This document shows, piece after piece, positions 44,030 through 58,358 of a stretch of 64,000 nucleotides of DNA. The stretch lies in NCBI RefSeq assembly GCF_009914755.1, contig NC_060929.1, one strand, 5' to 3'. Positions within the stretch are counted from its first letter, which is position 1. Every line of letters starts with the position of its first letter. This stretch comes from the human T2T-CHM13v2.0 reference genome, Homo sapiens. Both the position numbers and the translations under genes were made by a program. Below the pieces are notes generated by a model. The model did not search any database, had not been told where the DNA came from, and worked only from the letters and a program-made list of their open reading frames with translations.

Positions 44030-45018
44030 CTAAAACAAATTTTAAAATATTACAAATGGTTTGGGATAGTAAATTTTTCCCAATGTGATCACCAAGGTTT
44101 AACATATAAATAAAAACATATTTATGTAAAATATAAAATTGATATACATTTTCCTAAAAAACAAGTACAATGCAATTAATATATAGATAAGACAAATAAT
44201 CAGTTTGAGAAATATACTATAAATTGTTCATTTATTAGGTTTTCATGTAATTCCTCAGTACTGTTTTCAAAGTGGTACATTTTTATAAGTGAATCATTTA
44301 CCAAGATTACAGATGATAACAACTGGCTTTTCTCTTTTCAAAAAACCTATTTTGCATACCAAGAGAAAAACCATACTAAATGTGTGTTTTTTAATTTATG
44401 TGCATCTGTGCGTGTGTGCTTACACACATACAGAACACACATCAATCCAATACTCATGAAGAAAATGGATTAGGTAAATTTCACGCATTGTTGCATGTTT
44501 TAAATCAATAACAAAGTAGAAGAAGGTTTTTTAACCTTCAAGAGGCATGCATCTTGCCATTGCAACAGTACCTTTGTAACAATGCCTTCGTACTGAATCA
44601 CCTCACAGGCTACTTCTCATTCTTTTCATTTCCTTATGTATATTTGGCTTTGGTGAATCTGCTGCTGCTAAATCTCACTGAAGTCTGCTTAAGAGTCTCA
44701 CTGAATCATTCATTTTTCTACCCTATGTGTCCTATATTATTGTTGTAAGAATTATCTCCAGCCGTTCTAATCTTATCAAGACACAATCATTTTTTAACAT
44801 CCATAAAGAGACCTCTTTCAGATATTTTATTATTTTAAAATTGAAGACAGTACACATTGCCAAAGATGGCTTTACTAAATATATCAAATACTTGATTAAA
44901 ACAAAATTGTATAACTCAGATCAATAAATTGATATGGCATATATATTGCAATGGTTACACTCGGGAAATTTCCTGTTAATATCATCATAAGTCATAGTGA
45001 ACAAGTTCTAAAATTTAC

Positions 45019-45127
45019 CTTCATTATCCTGTACTGTGAAGTTTGGATTGACAGCAGCTAAACTGAAAAAAAATTTCTGTCCACCTAAAGGGTCATCTTT
45101 GTCTACTGCACTTATAGTCTGTATTAG
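45019..45127 (-). CDS. CDH10: Cadherin-10 coding exon (109 bp; presumed exon 10), EC5
   Basis: Acceptor tttttctgcag|CTAATA, donor GAAG|gtaaat. Encodes [36 protein letters not shown]. Confidence 0.95.
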
Positions 45128-47543
45128 CTGCAGAAAAAGAAAAATATATCTCATCAATATATCTCTTATCCATGGGTATAATCTGCACTTAAGATCTTCA
45201 TTTTGTCTGAAGTTGTTCAAAATAATTGACTTTTATTTCATGTGAATGTATCCTTGAGTTAATCCATCTTTTTAGTATTACTTTGATTTTAATAATCTCT
45301 CCCTCTCTCATCTCTGTGTCTTTTGGATCATACCCTTTACTTCAAAATGGTAAATAAAAAATATATTATTTAGGGTTTTATTAATTTAGATATAGCACTT
45401 AAAATGAGATTATTTTATATGCATTTACACATTGATCTGGAAGAGTTTTTCGAATGTCAGAAAAATTTAGGAAATTATTGTGACTATGCTTTGTTTTTCC
45501 CCAAAAATAAAATGAAAAATGGTCGAGGAATGTAGAGATTTTATAGGTAATGTTATATATTACTTTTTAACAGAGTCTTAAACATTATTAGAAACCTTGA
45601 GAGTAAAAGTTCAATTAACTTACACTTTCAATAAAATTGTATTTTAAAAATTCAGCATATATAATATGTGTGAATTATTTTAAAAGGGTAAACTCTGATT
45701 GATTTTACGGTAGGAGAAAACATAAGACGCTATATGGTAGCAAAGTAGACAATTTAGCCCCTAATATATAATCAGATCACTGCTTTGGACATATGATATG
45801 ATTAACTAATATACAAATATGTATGTATGATGTATATATATGTAATAGGTAGGTTTTTTTGCACCTATCTTCCTTTTGTTCTTTAACTTATATTTATAAT
45901 ACAATTTGTATATTTTTTACATATTTTAATTTTGAAGATGGCCTCAAAAGTTGTTAAATATGTACACTGATGCCTACATAGTCAAATTTATGTTTAACTA
46001 AAAGCAATACACTTTTTACTGCGTTAACTCAATGTTGTGTGGATGCTGGATGAAAATATTTGTTGTTGATGTCTTGTTGGTTAAACAAGTGATTTCAAGT
46101 TAAAAACATTATGTCAAAAATCACAAGAAATAAAGAAATTATTACAACTATCTGTATTAGATTACTTTTCTTTTAAAATGTCTTAGAGCAATGAAAATGT
46201 GATATATTTGTGGTAGCAATCTATTTAATTACAACCCTAACCATTTATTTCAAAAGGATACAAGAAATATAATTGGACCAAAGATTTATATTTATTGCCT
46301 AGAAATAAGCAGCAAGAAAAACATCATTTAAAACTTTGAATTATTTCAAAAGTACATTTTAAAAACATAGCAACATAATTATTTGACTAAATTTTAATTG
46401 TAACTTAAAATTAAATGTAAGCAAGAATTATAAAAAAGCAAGAATATAAATCTATTAAAATTAATAAAGTCAAAATATTGTTAACTAATACTACTTAAGA
46501 TGTGTCAATTCAGTGAAAAAACATTTCTTGACTGATTTCTTGTCTGTCAAATGTACTCTTAAGGATGTCATTTTCAAATAATGATTTATAAGTATATATT
46601 GAAGAGGAAAAAATGACATAAATGGAATAACATCAAAAAAGACAGTAGACTACTAGAAATCCTTAGTCATTAAGATTAATATTTTAACATTCACATACAG
46701 ACACAAAAAGTGACCGAAATGTAAAAATAGGGCTAATGGCCTTTGAAAATGGAAACTCAAATGTTTCAAAATAAATATACATTTCCAACTGTATATTTTC
46801 CCTTAAAATAAATTTACAAAGTATAATTTCAATTTATTTTTACAGATCAAAATAATGCAGTTCAGAAAACAAATAGTGACATCTTTACATATATCTATAA
46901 TAAATTTTAAAAATTAACATTAAAATCTTTAATTAAAATGTATTTTAATCAAATATTATAGCACTATTGATTTAAAGATCAGTAGTTAATTTATACATTT
47001 TGAATATCATAAAAGGGGTAAGCCAAACTCATAGAGATGACACAAACAAAATAGAATGATGTGTTGCAGAATCTATATTACATTACAGTATATTTTTATG
47101 ACCTTAAGACTTCGCTACTGCAGATGGAGGCACTTACATCCTTTACAAGATAATAGGTTTTTTTTTCCTTTAAGACATTACTTCTAGTGTTCAATTTCTT
47201 CATATCCTGAATTTACCTCTCAATCTAGTCTTCCTTTCCATTTTCAACCATATATTAAAAATCACAGTGCTTTTGTTTTGGTAAATGTGCCGTAAAGACT
47301 GGTAACAGATATCAGAACTTGGCAACAAGGAGGTAAAATTATTTTCCCTGGCTCTTTCTATAAGCATCCACTGTTTTGTTTTTGTTCTGGAGACAAACTC
47401 ATTTTGGTCCATTTCCAATAAAAAAGTTTGCCATAATTAGGAAACAAACAAACAAAAACTAGTGATTTCCAGTATTCATTTTGAGCATTTGAAGAAAAGT
47501 GCACAGAGAAGTCATTTACATTTTATCTCCTTAGCAACAATAT

Positions 47544-48296
47544 AATTGATTTCTGTTTTCACTGGGCTGTTCTAAAATAATCTTAAATCAACTTGAGGAA
47601 TGTTTCAGTGTTCATATTATTACAGTGTCTGGAACCGTGAATGGGTTTTAAGATATTTAAAGTTAGAAAACTGGTTAAGTTTTCATATGTTTTAGCTTTT
47701 TCTATGGGAAGCCTTGGAGTTTCCGTTAATGAGAACATTTCCTTTGTGCTAGTAAAATGCACCCTTTTGGCCAGGCGCCGTGGCTCACGCCTGTAATCTC
47801 AGCATTTTGGGAGGTCAAGGTGGGCGGATCACAAGGTCAGGAAATCGAGACCATCCTGGCCAACATGGTGAAACCCTGCCTCTACTAAAATACAAAAAAT
47901 CAGGCAGGCGTGGTGGTGCGCACCTGCAGTCCCAGCTACTTGGGAGGCTGAGGCAGGAGAATCACTTGAACCGAACCCAGGAGGCGGAGGTTGCAGTGAG
48001 CCGAGATCACGCCACTCACTGCACTCCAGCCTGGCAACAGGGAGCATCTTCCTCAAACAAAAAAAAAAAAAAAGAAAGAAAGAAAAAGAAAAAAAAAGCA
48101 CCCTTGAACCCTTTTCAGTTGTTAGGGAAGTAATAAGCATAGAATTGATTTCTATTTTCACTGGGCTATTCTGAAATAATCTTAAGGAATGCTTCAGTGA
48201 TCATATTATTATGGTGTCTGGAACAATGAATGGGTTTTAAGATATTTAAAGTGACAAAACTGGTTAAGTTTTCATATGTTTTAGCTTTTTCTATGG
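47544..48296. repeat. ~160-bp direct duplication of unique intronic DNA (47544-47707, 48143-48296)
   Basis: aattgatttct.ttttcactgggct.ttct...gttaagttttcatatgtttagctttttctatgg occurs twice. Confidence 0.92.
47769..48098 (+). mobile_element. AluS
   Basis: Dimeric Alu with TSD-like gcaccctt flanks. Confidence 0.92.
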
Positions 48297-50601
48297 AAAA
48301 TATGTAATGGGATATTTTTGGTTTCTTAAAGGCTTAGTTGTCATTTGGTTTCATATTTGTTGTTAGTTGACATGTGGTTTGATAAGTCATTTAGATACTA
48401 TTGAAGGGAAATATAAGCAGCATATACAGATTTCCTTGGGAAATCTGTGGTATTAAATTCTTTCCATGAAGATTAAAATCATTAAAATGTATTTTATTTA
48501 CTTAAAATATATTTTATTGACTCCAGGAGTAGGCATGAATGAGACAAGATAGAATGAAAAACAAAAACAGCTAGCCCTCTGTCCTGTCTTTTGCTGAGGT
48601 CCTCTGACTCTCTCTGAGATGGAAAAGGTGAAGGGTCAAGCAGCCTAGTTCAGGCACACGAGGGGACTACTAATATTACATCAGTTAAAAGTTGCAACAT
48701 TTCCAAGGAGAAATTCTACACTTAGATCAGAAAATAGGCAAGAGCAGGGAATGGTCATTAGTTTTATTTGTCACCTCATTTTGTCCACAACCAAATGAAT
48801 GGATAATTGTCCATGTCGGTGTTCTAAGTGCTACTCTTAAAGAGCAGTTAATTCAGAGGAGTGTTGGGTGGACTGAGATATACCTTAAGTAACTAAAGCA
48901 CACCTAGGAACCCTGACATTCTTCTGCTTTCCTAGGAGAAGGAGAGTCAGAGCTAACAAATTAATTTTAAAAAGGCTCTGAACAAGAATTTTATCAAATT
49001 ACCACTTTGATTTTGCCTGCTAGGATGTCATAACCTAGAATCTCATCCCTTAATATATAACAGTTTAGTTTAACCGAGGCATTTTTCAGCCTATGAGACC
49101 GAAGTGACATCTAACAAACTGGTCTTATTAGAATTTGCCTGTATGGGAGGCTATTGCACAGGCAGCCAATTCAACAAAAAATATTAATCATCCTCTTCCT
49201 ATCAGGTGGGTCAAGATAGGCTAATTCCCTTTTTATTGAAATCATCTTTTGATTATTTTCCTTCAATACACCAGCTGTTTTTTAAATGTCCAAAAGGTAT
49301 GGAGACGTTGTGAGCCAGTTATAGTGAAAAAGAAAATAGACAGAAGGAAAATAAACAAACATACTTTCTATTTTGTATATTTTGAATACATTTGTAAATC
49401 AGTATTTATAATGACTTGAGTGCTCTGAAAAGATATCTTTTGAAAATCAAATAGAATAACCATAGAGGGAGCGATGTATGCAGCAGTAGCAAAGTGGGTA
49501 ATTTATCTCTTAGAGAAAAGACTTCAGCTTATATCATGCTGAGCCTGCCAAGCAGAGGACGATTTGGAATGGTATTTTTGGGGCGTGCACTGTTTCATTA
49601 AGTAGTAAGTTGGAAGCAACTAAGTCATTTAAATATTCCAAATTAAACATTTCCATAACATTTTCAAGTTAAAAAAAATGAATCAAATTGCAGCAATTTT
49701 ACCATATTCAAACAACAGACAGGCTATTGAATTCTTGTTAGAATCTTCAAAAGGAAGAATTTGAATTATTCCACAATATAATTTGCATAAAAATGTAACA
49801 ATGACATTGATGTTTATAAAGAGTATCAAATAATGTCAAAACATAATACAGTTTCGTGATGGTTCCTTTTTTTAAATAAACACATTTGATTCCCAATTAT
49901 TATTTATACCACGCAGCTTCCTTCTGTGAAGATAGCACTCAAACCAATTAAGAGCATTCTCTTTCATTCACATACACTGGAGCTTTTCAATCAACAAAAT
50001 GAGTCCACTGAGGAAAAGACTTACAGAATTATAAACAAAGCTGATGCAGAAAAAATGTTTTAAAGTACTAAAACCAAGTCATTAAGCACTTCATATGCTG
50101 CTGTAATGATGAAATGCAATATGTAAGTCTAAGGAGGAAATTCTGCTGCCCTGATGCAAAACCGTATCTGCACACATCAGAAAAGTGATTAAGTATTCTG
50201 CTGCTCCCATACATTTGTCTCTTGTTTTCCACAGCATTCGTCTCTCATCTCTCTAGCAGGTACCAGTATTTATTTAATGACACAGCAGGCGGTCTTAGGG
50301 GTTTGCTTGTCTTTGTTTTTGAAAATTTTGAAAGTAGTTATTTTTTCTTATGCTTCAACTTTTGTGGCAACAATAAAATTTTATTCACACATTAGAACTT
50401 TACAAAGGAAATATGAAACTGGTATATGGTTTTAAAAATATTTTCACCTTTAAAAACATCAGTTATGGTTTTTAAAAATTATATTGGGACTCTATATGAG
50501 TATTTCCATCTCTGTGTATTCTTTCCTCTCAGGATTTTGAAAAGAAAATATTTTGCATACAGTTAAAATCTTTCCAGAGTTTTAATCCTGTAGGGGCTTA
50601 C

Positions 50602-50723
50602 CTGCCCTGGTCTGGCATTTTCACATACAAAAGTGTCATAGAACACAGCAAACTGTGGGGCATTGTCATTAACATCCAAAATTCTCACAAAAACAGCCAC
50701 GCGTGTTGTCTCTTTGGGATTGT
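50602..50723 (-). CDS. CDH10: Cadherin-10 coding exon (122 bp; presumed exon 9), EC4/EC5 junction; not in the ORF track
   Basis: Acceptor cttttccag|ACAATCCC, donor GGGCAG|gtaagc. Manual translation gives [41 protein letters not shown], containing the canonical DxNDNxP linker. Confidence 0.96.
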
Positions 50724-51097
50724 CTGGAAAAGGGGAAGAAAAATATTGTTTAGGAAGATAAATTGGTGCATCAAATTTAATTTATATAGGCATCTTGTGG
50801 GTATGAAGTGCTCACATACAAATAAGCATTGCAATCATTCTACTAATATAATGAGCAAATGCAATAAAGAAAATTACTGCAGAGCCTAATTAAGTAGTCA
50901 TGAATTCAGTTATTATTGGGCACAAGGGTACTATTATTATTTTGGAAAATCATGTTAAAAGTACAAGCCAGTATAATTGAGTTCACACTATATTTGCGTC
51001 CTTATTGTCCAAATATATAAAATAAGAACACTTACTTATTAAATCCTTGTTATACTTCATTATAATTATATCATTTAATTTTTAACCTTTTTTGGAT

Positions 51098-51235
51098 GAA
51101 GAAATAGTTTTTTTTGTTTGTTTTTGTTTTGTTTTGTTTTTTTGAGCAGCAGCAAGATTTATTGCGAAGAGCAAAAGAACAAAGCTTCCACAGCGTGGAA
51201 GGGGACCTGAGCGGGTTGCCCGAAGAAATAGTTTT
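51098..51235 (-). mobile_element. L1-mediated retrocopy of LTR12 (ERV9) R region with poly(A) tail and 14-bp TSD
   Basis: Minus strand reads TSD - G - ggcaacccgctcaggtccccttccacgctgtggaagctttgttcttttgctcttcgcAATAAAtcttgctgctgctc - A-rich tail - TSD. TSD gaagaaatagtttt at 51098-51111 and 51222-51235. Confidence 0.9.
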
Positions 51236-51606
51236 AAATAAATTGGTAACTTATCTAAGGTCCTTCGCTCGTAAGTGGTAACTGTTATAAAACCTATGTC
51301 TGTGACTACTTTTATCACCAAAATGTATTTCAACAACTGCTGTCAAATTTCTGTTTGAAAATTTTATTATATGGCTACTTATCTTACAAACTAGTTGGGA
51401 AATTTATGATGAAATATGAAGATTCACATATTTTATTAATATAGTTATTGCTGGTACCATCTCAACATTCTAGCTCAATTTTGCATTACAATCTATTGTC
51501 ACAAATTAGCTCAGTAGTAAGAAATAGCATACTAATCATACCTTTTGCTATAAATGCTGAAATCAACAGCATCAAAGTTCTCACATAAAGAGATGCATTT
51601 CTGGCT

Positions 51607-52039
<433 letters not shown>

Positions 52040-52699
52040 TTATGCTGGCTGAGAGTATGTTTACATTTTAAATTCAGTTTACATTCATCAGATTTTATGA
52101 TATCAATATCTCAGTCTTTGGATACAGTTAAACTTCTGTGTACATTTTGGAAAAGTAAAGCTGAAGAGCAATATAATGCAATAAAGACTATAATTAGCTG
52201 AAAACAAAACAAAACAATAGCAGAATAGCTAGGGGACAGCAGCAACCTTATTAAATGGTCTCAACCAACATGGGCTGTGGATATCATTTTGCCTTGTAAA
52301 ATTTATCTGACGTCTTAAGGTAATCTAAATAATTTTCAGATACAAAGGTAAAATATATTGTCACATACAAATAGGAAGTATATTACTACTAAAAATAATT
52401 TATATCCCCTTGTTCTCTCCATATAATTGAATGTTACTCCAATATTAAAATCAGCACTTTAAAAAATGATATATAAGAACAGACTGCTTAGCAGGGATAT
52501 ATTTACAAGGCTGAGCGAGAATAAAGAAAGGCAGACAGAATCGAAGTGTATTTATCACTTTTTGCAAGAGAAAATTTAAAATGCATCCTTTCTTCACCAA
52601 TCCTTTTAAGTCTTACTGCAGTCTTCTGAACCCACATGGATTCAGTCGTCAGGTTCTAACTTCTTATTTGCTAATATGTTGTTGCATATTATCCACTTG

Positions 52700-52960
52700 T
52701 TCGTGTACCACGAGGTTTAGCGTTCAGGCCCTGGGGTCTAATATAGCTGCTGCTTTGATTCCCAAGTTCACCACTCATTTGTTATGTTACTTTGGCCAAT
52801 TTACTCCACATATTCAATGTCTTGGTTTACTCAATATAAATCAAAGTAGAACCTCTAATCTCACAGTTACTTGTAAAATTAGGAGTTAATGCGTGAAAAT
52901 TTCTTATGAAAGTATCAGTTTAATGATCAGGACTCAATATGCGTTGACTATAATCATTAC
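52700..52960. mobile_element. MIR
   Basis: Decayed MIR core (ttactttggccaatttact...tgtaaaattagga). Confidence 0.5.
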
Positions 52961-54132
52961 CATCATCTTTATTATCATTATTATATCTTCTTCACTTTCT
53001 TATGTTACTTAAAAACTTATGCTTTCTCCACATAAAGTATTCACCTAATAAAAATACATTAATTAGCCTTTCTACCATTCAAGTGAGTCTGAAGAGGTAT
53101 GCATTTGAGAAGAAGTGGAGAGAGGAGGGAAAATAAAAAGGAGAAAAATGCTATCTCATTATTTTCCACTTCCTCTATGCCAGACCATTTGCTAATACCC
53201 AGAGCCATGGGGTTCTCTACAAATGGACCTTTTGCTATCTACTTGTTGCTATGGAGAAAAGTGGGAAGGTATGCTTCTTCCATATTTTCTGGAATGTGCT
53301 CTTTAACCTAATTATATAGTGAGTGGACATAAGCAAAATATTTCCTTTCAATATAAAGTCTTGACATAAAAATATCCCTTGTTGGTAACAATTCACTTTC
53401 TAATGATGCCACAGAGACAGGAGAGACAAAACTTTCATAACTAAAAAATTCCGTCGTCAGCCCCTTCCCTAACACAATATAGAGATTCTCCAGGGTCTTT
53501 ACAAATAATTCAAGGCTCTTAAAATCAAAAGCTAAATCCACAGGGATGAATGTGCTTTGTAAAGCATCGAGCCTGGAGCTACCTATTCAAAAAACAGTGC
53601 TTACACTAATTTTTTGGCTGGCAGATGCTGTCGCTTATGTATAAATAAGAGTATAAAGTGTTCCAAGGAAGAATCAAACTGAATAGCAGCTGGCATATAT
53701 TTACCACCTGAGTTTCTCTCAAAGTTCTTCAGGGAAACACTACTATAGCAAGAAGGTATCAGCAATAAAGGATCTTAAAATGTATGTCCTAAGGTGAAGC
53801 CATGACGATGCATCCATGGGCCTTTTCATGCCTCCAAAGAGAGAAATTTTAAATCATTATCTAGAAATCACAGACATTAGAAAAATATAACTGTTTTACC
53901 TGCTTTGGGTAAGAATTCTATGAATAAGAACTACGGTGTGGATAATAGAGTTCTTTAGTCATAAACTTAGTTCTATTGTCCACAGAATGTATTGCAATGA
54001 TTAAAGTCAAATTTTCAGAGGTAGTGAGAGGAGCTCTTTGGTGTCTATAACAAATATGCCCTAAAATCCCAAGTTTATTATTAAGTCATTGATTGTGACC
54101 TTAATTTTAGATGTTTTATTCTCCACATGGCC

Positions 54133-54440
<308 letters not shown>

Positions 54441-55609
54441 TTAAAATATTTTTGAAGAAGAAAAAGAGGAGTTATTCCGTGATATGATGCACTAAATAAT
54501 TACCTGGAGTGGTGCCTTCCATATGATGTGATATATTTGTATGTATGGAATGTAGAATTAAATGATTAGAAGAAAGGCCTTAAAACATATTGGTAAGAAG
54601 TACATTTGAACGTCATTGTGTCCTGCTCAGGGCGTGATGTATGACACACTGACTGTAAAGTCAGTGTTTAAAGTCTAGTAGAAAAAATTCCTTGTATGCT
54701 GTTTCCCTCTCATCCTCGTTGCATTTAATGCCCAGAACAGAATAATGGGATCCTGGCTGTTTGTGGTTTGGCAGGTAGGCATTTTTGGCAGTTGTTCTAC
54801 AGATTGATTTTATTTGAGGACAAAAAAAAGATTCAGTCCTTTAAAGAAAGAAGTAATTGGCTTAGCTTTTTACAGAACTGTAATTACTTCAACTAGCTTT
54901 AGAAGTTAAATCTCACAAAATATCTGTAAGGGAAAATGCAATTCCTTGTTCACTAGGCTTGAATAAGGATATTGAATCAAGCAGAGAGCACAATCATGAT
55001 TCTGAAATGACCAGATTGGATCATGTTAGGTACATCTAACTATGGGGATGTGGATACAGATAGAAATAAAAGCTTTCCTTAGAAGAAAAACTTGGAAATA
55101 TTTAGTTAGCCTTAAAATCAAAAGCTAAATCCACAGGGTATTGAGCTTTTATATGCCATATATAGCAATTATATGGAGAGAACAAGGGGCTATAAATAGA
55201 TATTTATATCTCACTATGAAAAAAATGGATCATTTGAAATTAATCTGTATTTCAGGGGCAGATGTAAGAAAGACGCTAAATCTATTACTTTGTCCTGAAG
55301 CTTTTAGTTCATTGCTGATGATCTGTCTAGCCTAATTCAATTGTTCTGGGACACTTGGTGATTCGGCCCCATCCAATGCTTTGCCTTCCAAAGCCTGTAG
55401 TGGTTACTTCAAATAAATAACTTGACCTTGATACGTGTTTGTGGATTCAGCTTAGTATTACAGATCTAAAATTTATGGGCTTAATTTTTAAAAACGATTC
55501 TGTCCCTAATTAATGCTTATTTTAAAACAGGTCAAGAGTTGCTCTACACCACATACATCACACCATGGGAATTAGCAAATTTGAACAGGTTTGCATGTAC
55601 ATGTGCTGG

Positions 55610-55772
55610 CAGGGCTGGCTTCATGGGCCTGTGACCCAAGCAGTTCCACAGGGCCTTACCCTTAAAAGAGACTCTTGCATGTTTTAATGCTCCATCTCAC
55701 ATTTCTTAATTTACTTTTAACAAGCACCTGACATTTTCATTTTACAATAGGCCCCATGAATTGTCCTAGTAT
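55610..55772. mobile_element. hAT-type DNA transposon fossil (MER91-like)
   Basis: cagggctggcttcatgggc...cacagggcc...cattttcatttt...ggcccc resembles MER91A as recalled. Confidence 0.6.
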
Positions 55773-55859
55773 GGGCAAGAACTTTCATTACTAGAAACAA
55801 ATGTGGTTTGAATCCATCAGGTTTTAGTGAATAAAATTTTGTAAATTAGCTATGGAATT

Positions 55860-56190
55860 AAGTAATGAATCTAGAAATGACATGGTTTCAAATCTCAGTT
55901 GTGCTACCTCTGACATGATAACTTTGGACAAGTTACTAAAGTTCCCAGAGCCTTAGTACCTTCTCTGTTAAATGAGGTTAATAAAAATATTAGAAGAAAA
56001 TAAATTCTTTTTTTTAGAATGACACCTGGCATATATGATTAAATGTGAACTCTGATTAACAATATATTCCTGGGATTCCTCATCTGTAAAAGAGAAGTAG
56101 TAATATCTACCTACAGGCTTGTTCATAAGATTAAATGGTATCATATGCAACCAGCATTTAGCATAGATCCTAATTATTAGTGTGCAAGTG
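55860..56190. mobile_element. MIR fragments
   Basis: ttcctcatctgtaaaag...taatatctacctacaggcttgttcataagattaaatg. Confidence 0.6.
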
Positions 56191-56287
56191 ACAAATTTAA
56201 TGTTTTTAATTTTTCCACAAATGATAATATCTTTAGTCTACAATTCAAGCTCATTTTTATTAGTTAATATTAAATATACATTTATAT

Positions 56288-57121
<834 letters not shown>

Positions 57122-57323
57122 AATATGTATAGGTATCCCTCTATGCACTGATGTAAGAAATATTGAAAAAAAGTGTAAGTGCTGAGAAAATTAAAATTCA
57201 TCTGTCCAATGAGAATGAATTATTTTTAATGTAAAATAAAACCTATAAAATATGTTAAACTGCATAAAATATATAAACATAAACATATCTAGATATATGT
57301 TAGATACATAAAATTCATCTTAC

Positions 57324-57460
57324 TGATTTCAGCAGCAATAACAGTAAGATTATGCCACTGAGATAGTTCACGGTCAAGAGGTTTTGATGTATAAAGAGAT
57401 CCATTTCCTGAATGAATGTTAAAGATTCTGTCAAGGTCAGTATGGCGATCCAAGGAAAAT
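57324..57460 (-). CDS. CDH10: Cadherin-10 coding exon (137 bp; presumed exon 8), EC4
   Basis: Acceptor ccatgttcag|ATTTTCC, donor GAAATCA|gtaaga. Encodes [45 protein letters not shown] with the LDRE motif; phases match both neighbours. Confidence 0.96.
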
Positions 57461-58045
57461 CTGAACATGGAGGGCAAGAAAAAATACATGGCAGCATTAT
57501 TAATAGTTTGCAGGAAAAAATAGTGAAATGCAAACCCACACATATCACTGATAATTACAGGAAAGAACACAGTGCTGATCTGGAATGTAGATTGTTTGAA
57601 TGACTTTTCCTAGTTGCACACACACATTCTCCTCAAGGCATAAATTGGTACTGCTCTGCATTTCAATGCTATTCTTCTGAATCCTTGTGTTATTTAAATT
57701 GTTGTCTATTGTCATATTCATTCAACTGACTTTGATATATTTGGTCACAAAACAGTTGGAATTACAGACAGCTATATTGCCAACTGACTTTATTCAGTTA
57801 TTGGAAGTTCTGCTGAAGAATAATACAAAGATTTATTGCAAAAGATTATTCCCAGAAGCTATGTGTTGTTCTTAGAAAATTGGAGACAATGTTAGTTTCA
57901 TCAAAGTAATAGACTATCAACTTATTATGGTGTTTAGCAGCTTCATGATATAACACCCACGTAGCTTCAGTTTCCTAGCCATGTGTATCATTATTACACA
58001 TATTGCTTTTAACTTGAGATATTTTAAAAATAGAAAAGTCTGGAT

Positions 58046-58358
58046 GGCCGGGCACAGGGGCTCACGCCTGTAATCCCAGCACCTTGGGAGGCCCAGGCAG
58101 GAGGATCATGAGGTCAGGAGTTCAAAAGCAGCCTGACCAATATGGTGAAATTCCGTCTCTATTAAAAATACAAAAATTAGCTGGGTGTGGTGGCACGTGC
58201 CTGTAGTCCCAGCTACTCAGAAGGATGAAGCAGGAGAATTGCTTGAACCCAGAGGCGGAGGTTGCAGTGAGCCAAGATTGCGTGCCACTGCACTCCAGCC
58301 TGGGCAACACAGCAAGACTCCGTCAAAAAAAAAAAAAAAAAAGGAAAAGAAAAGAAAA
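58046..58358 (+). mobile_element. AluS
   Basis: Dimeric Alu. Confidence 0.92.
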
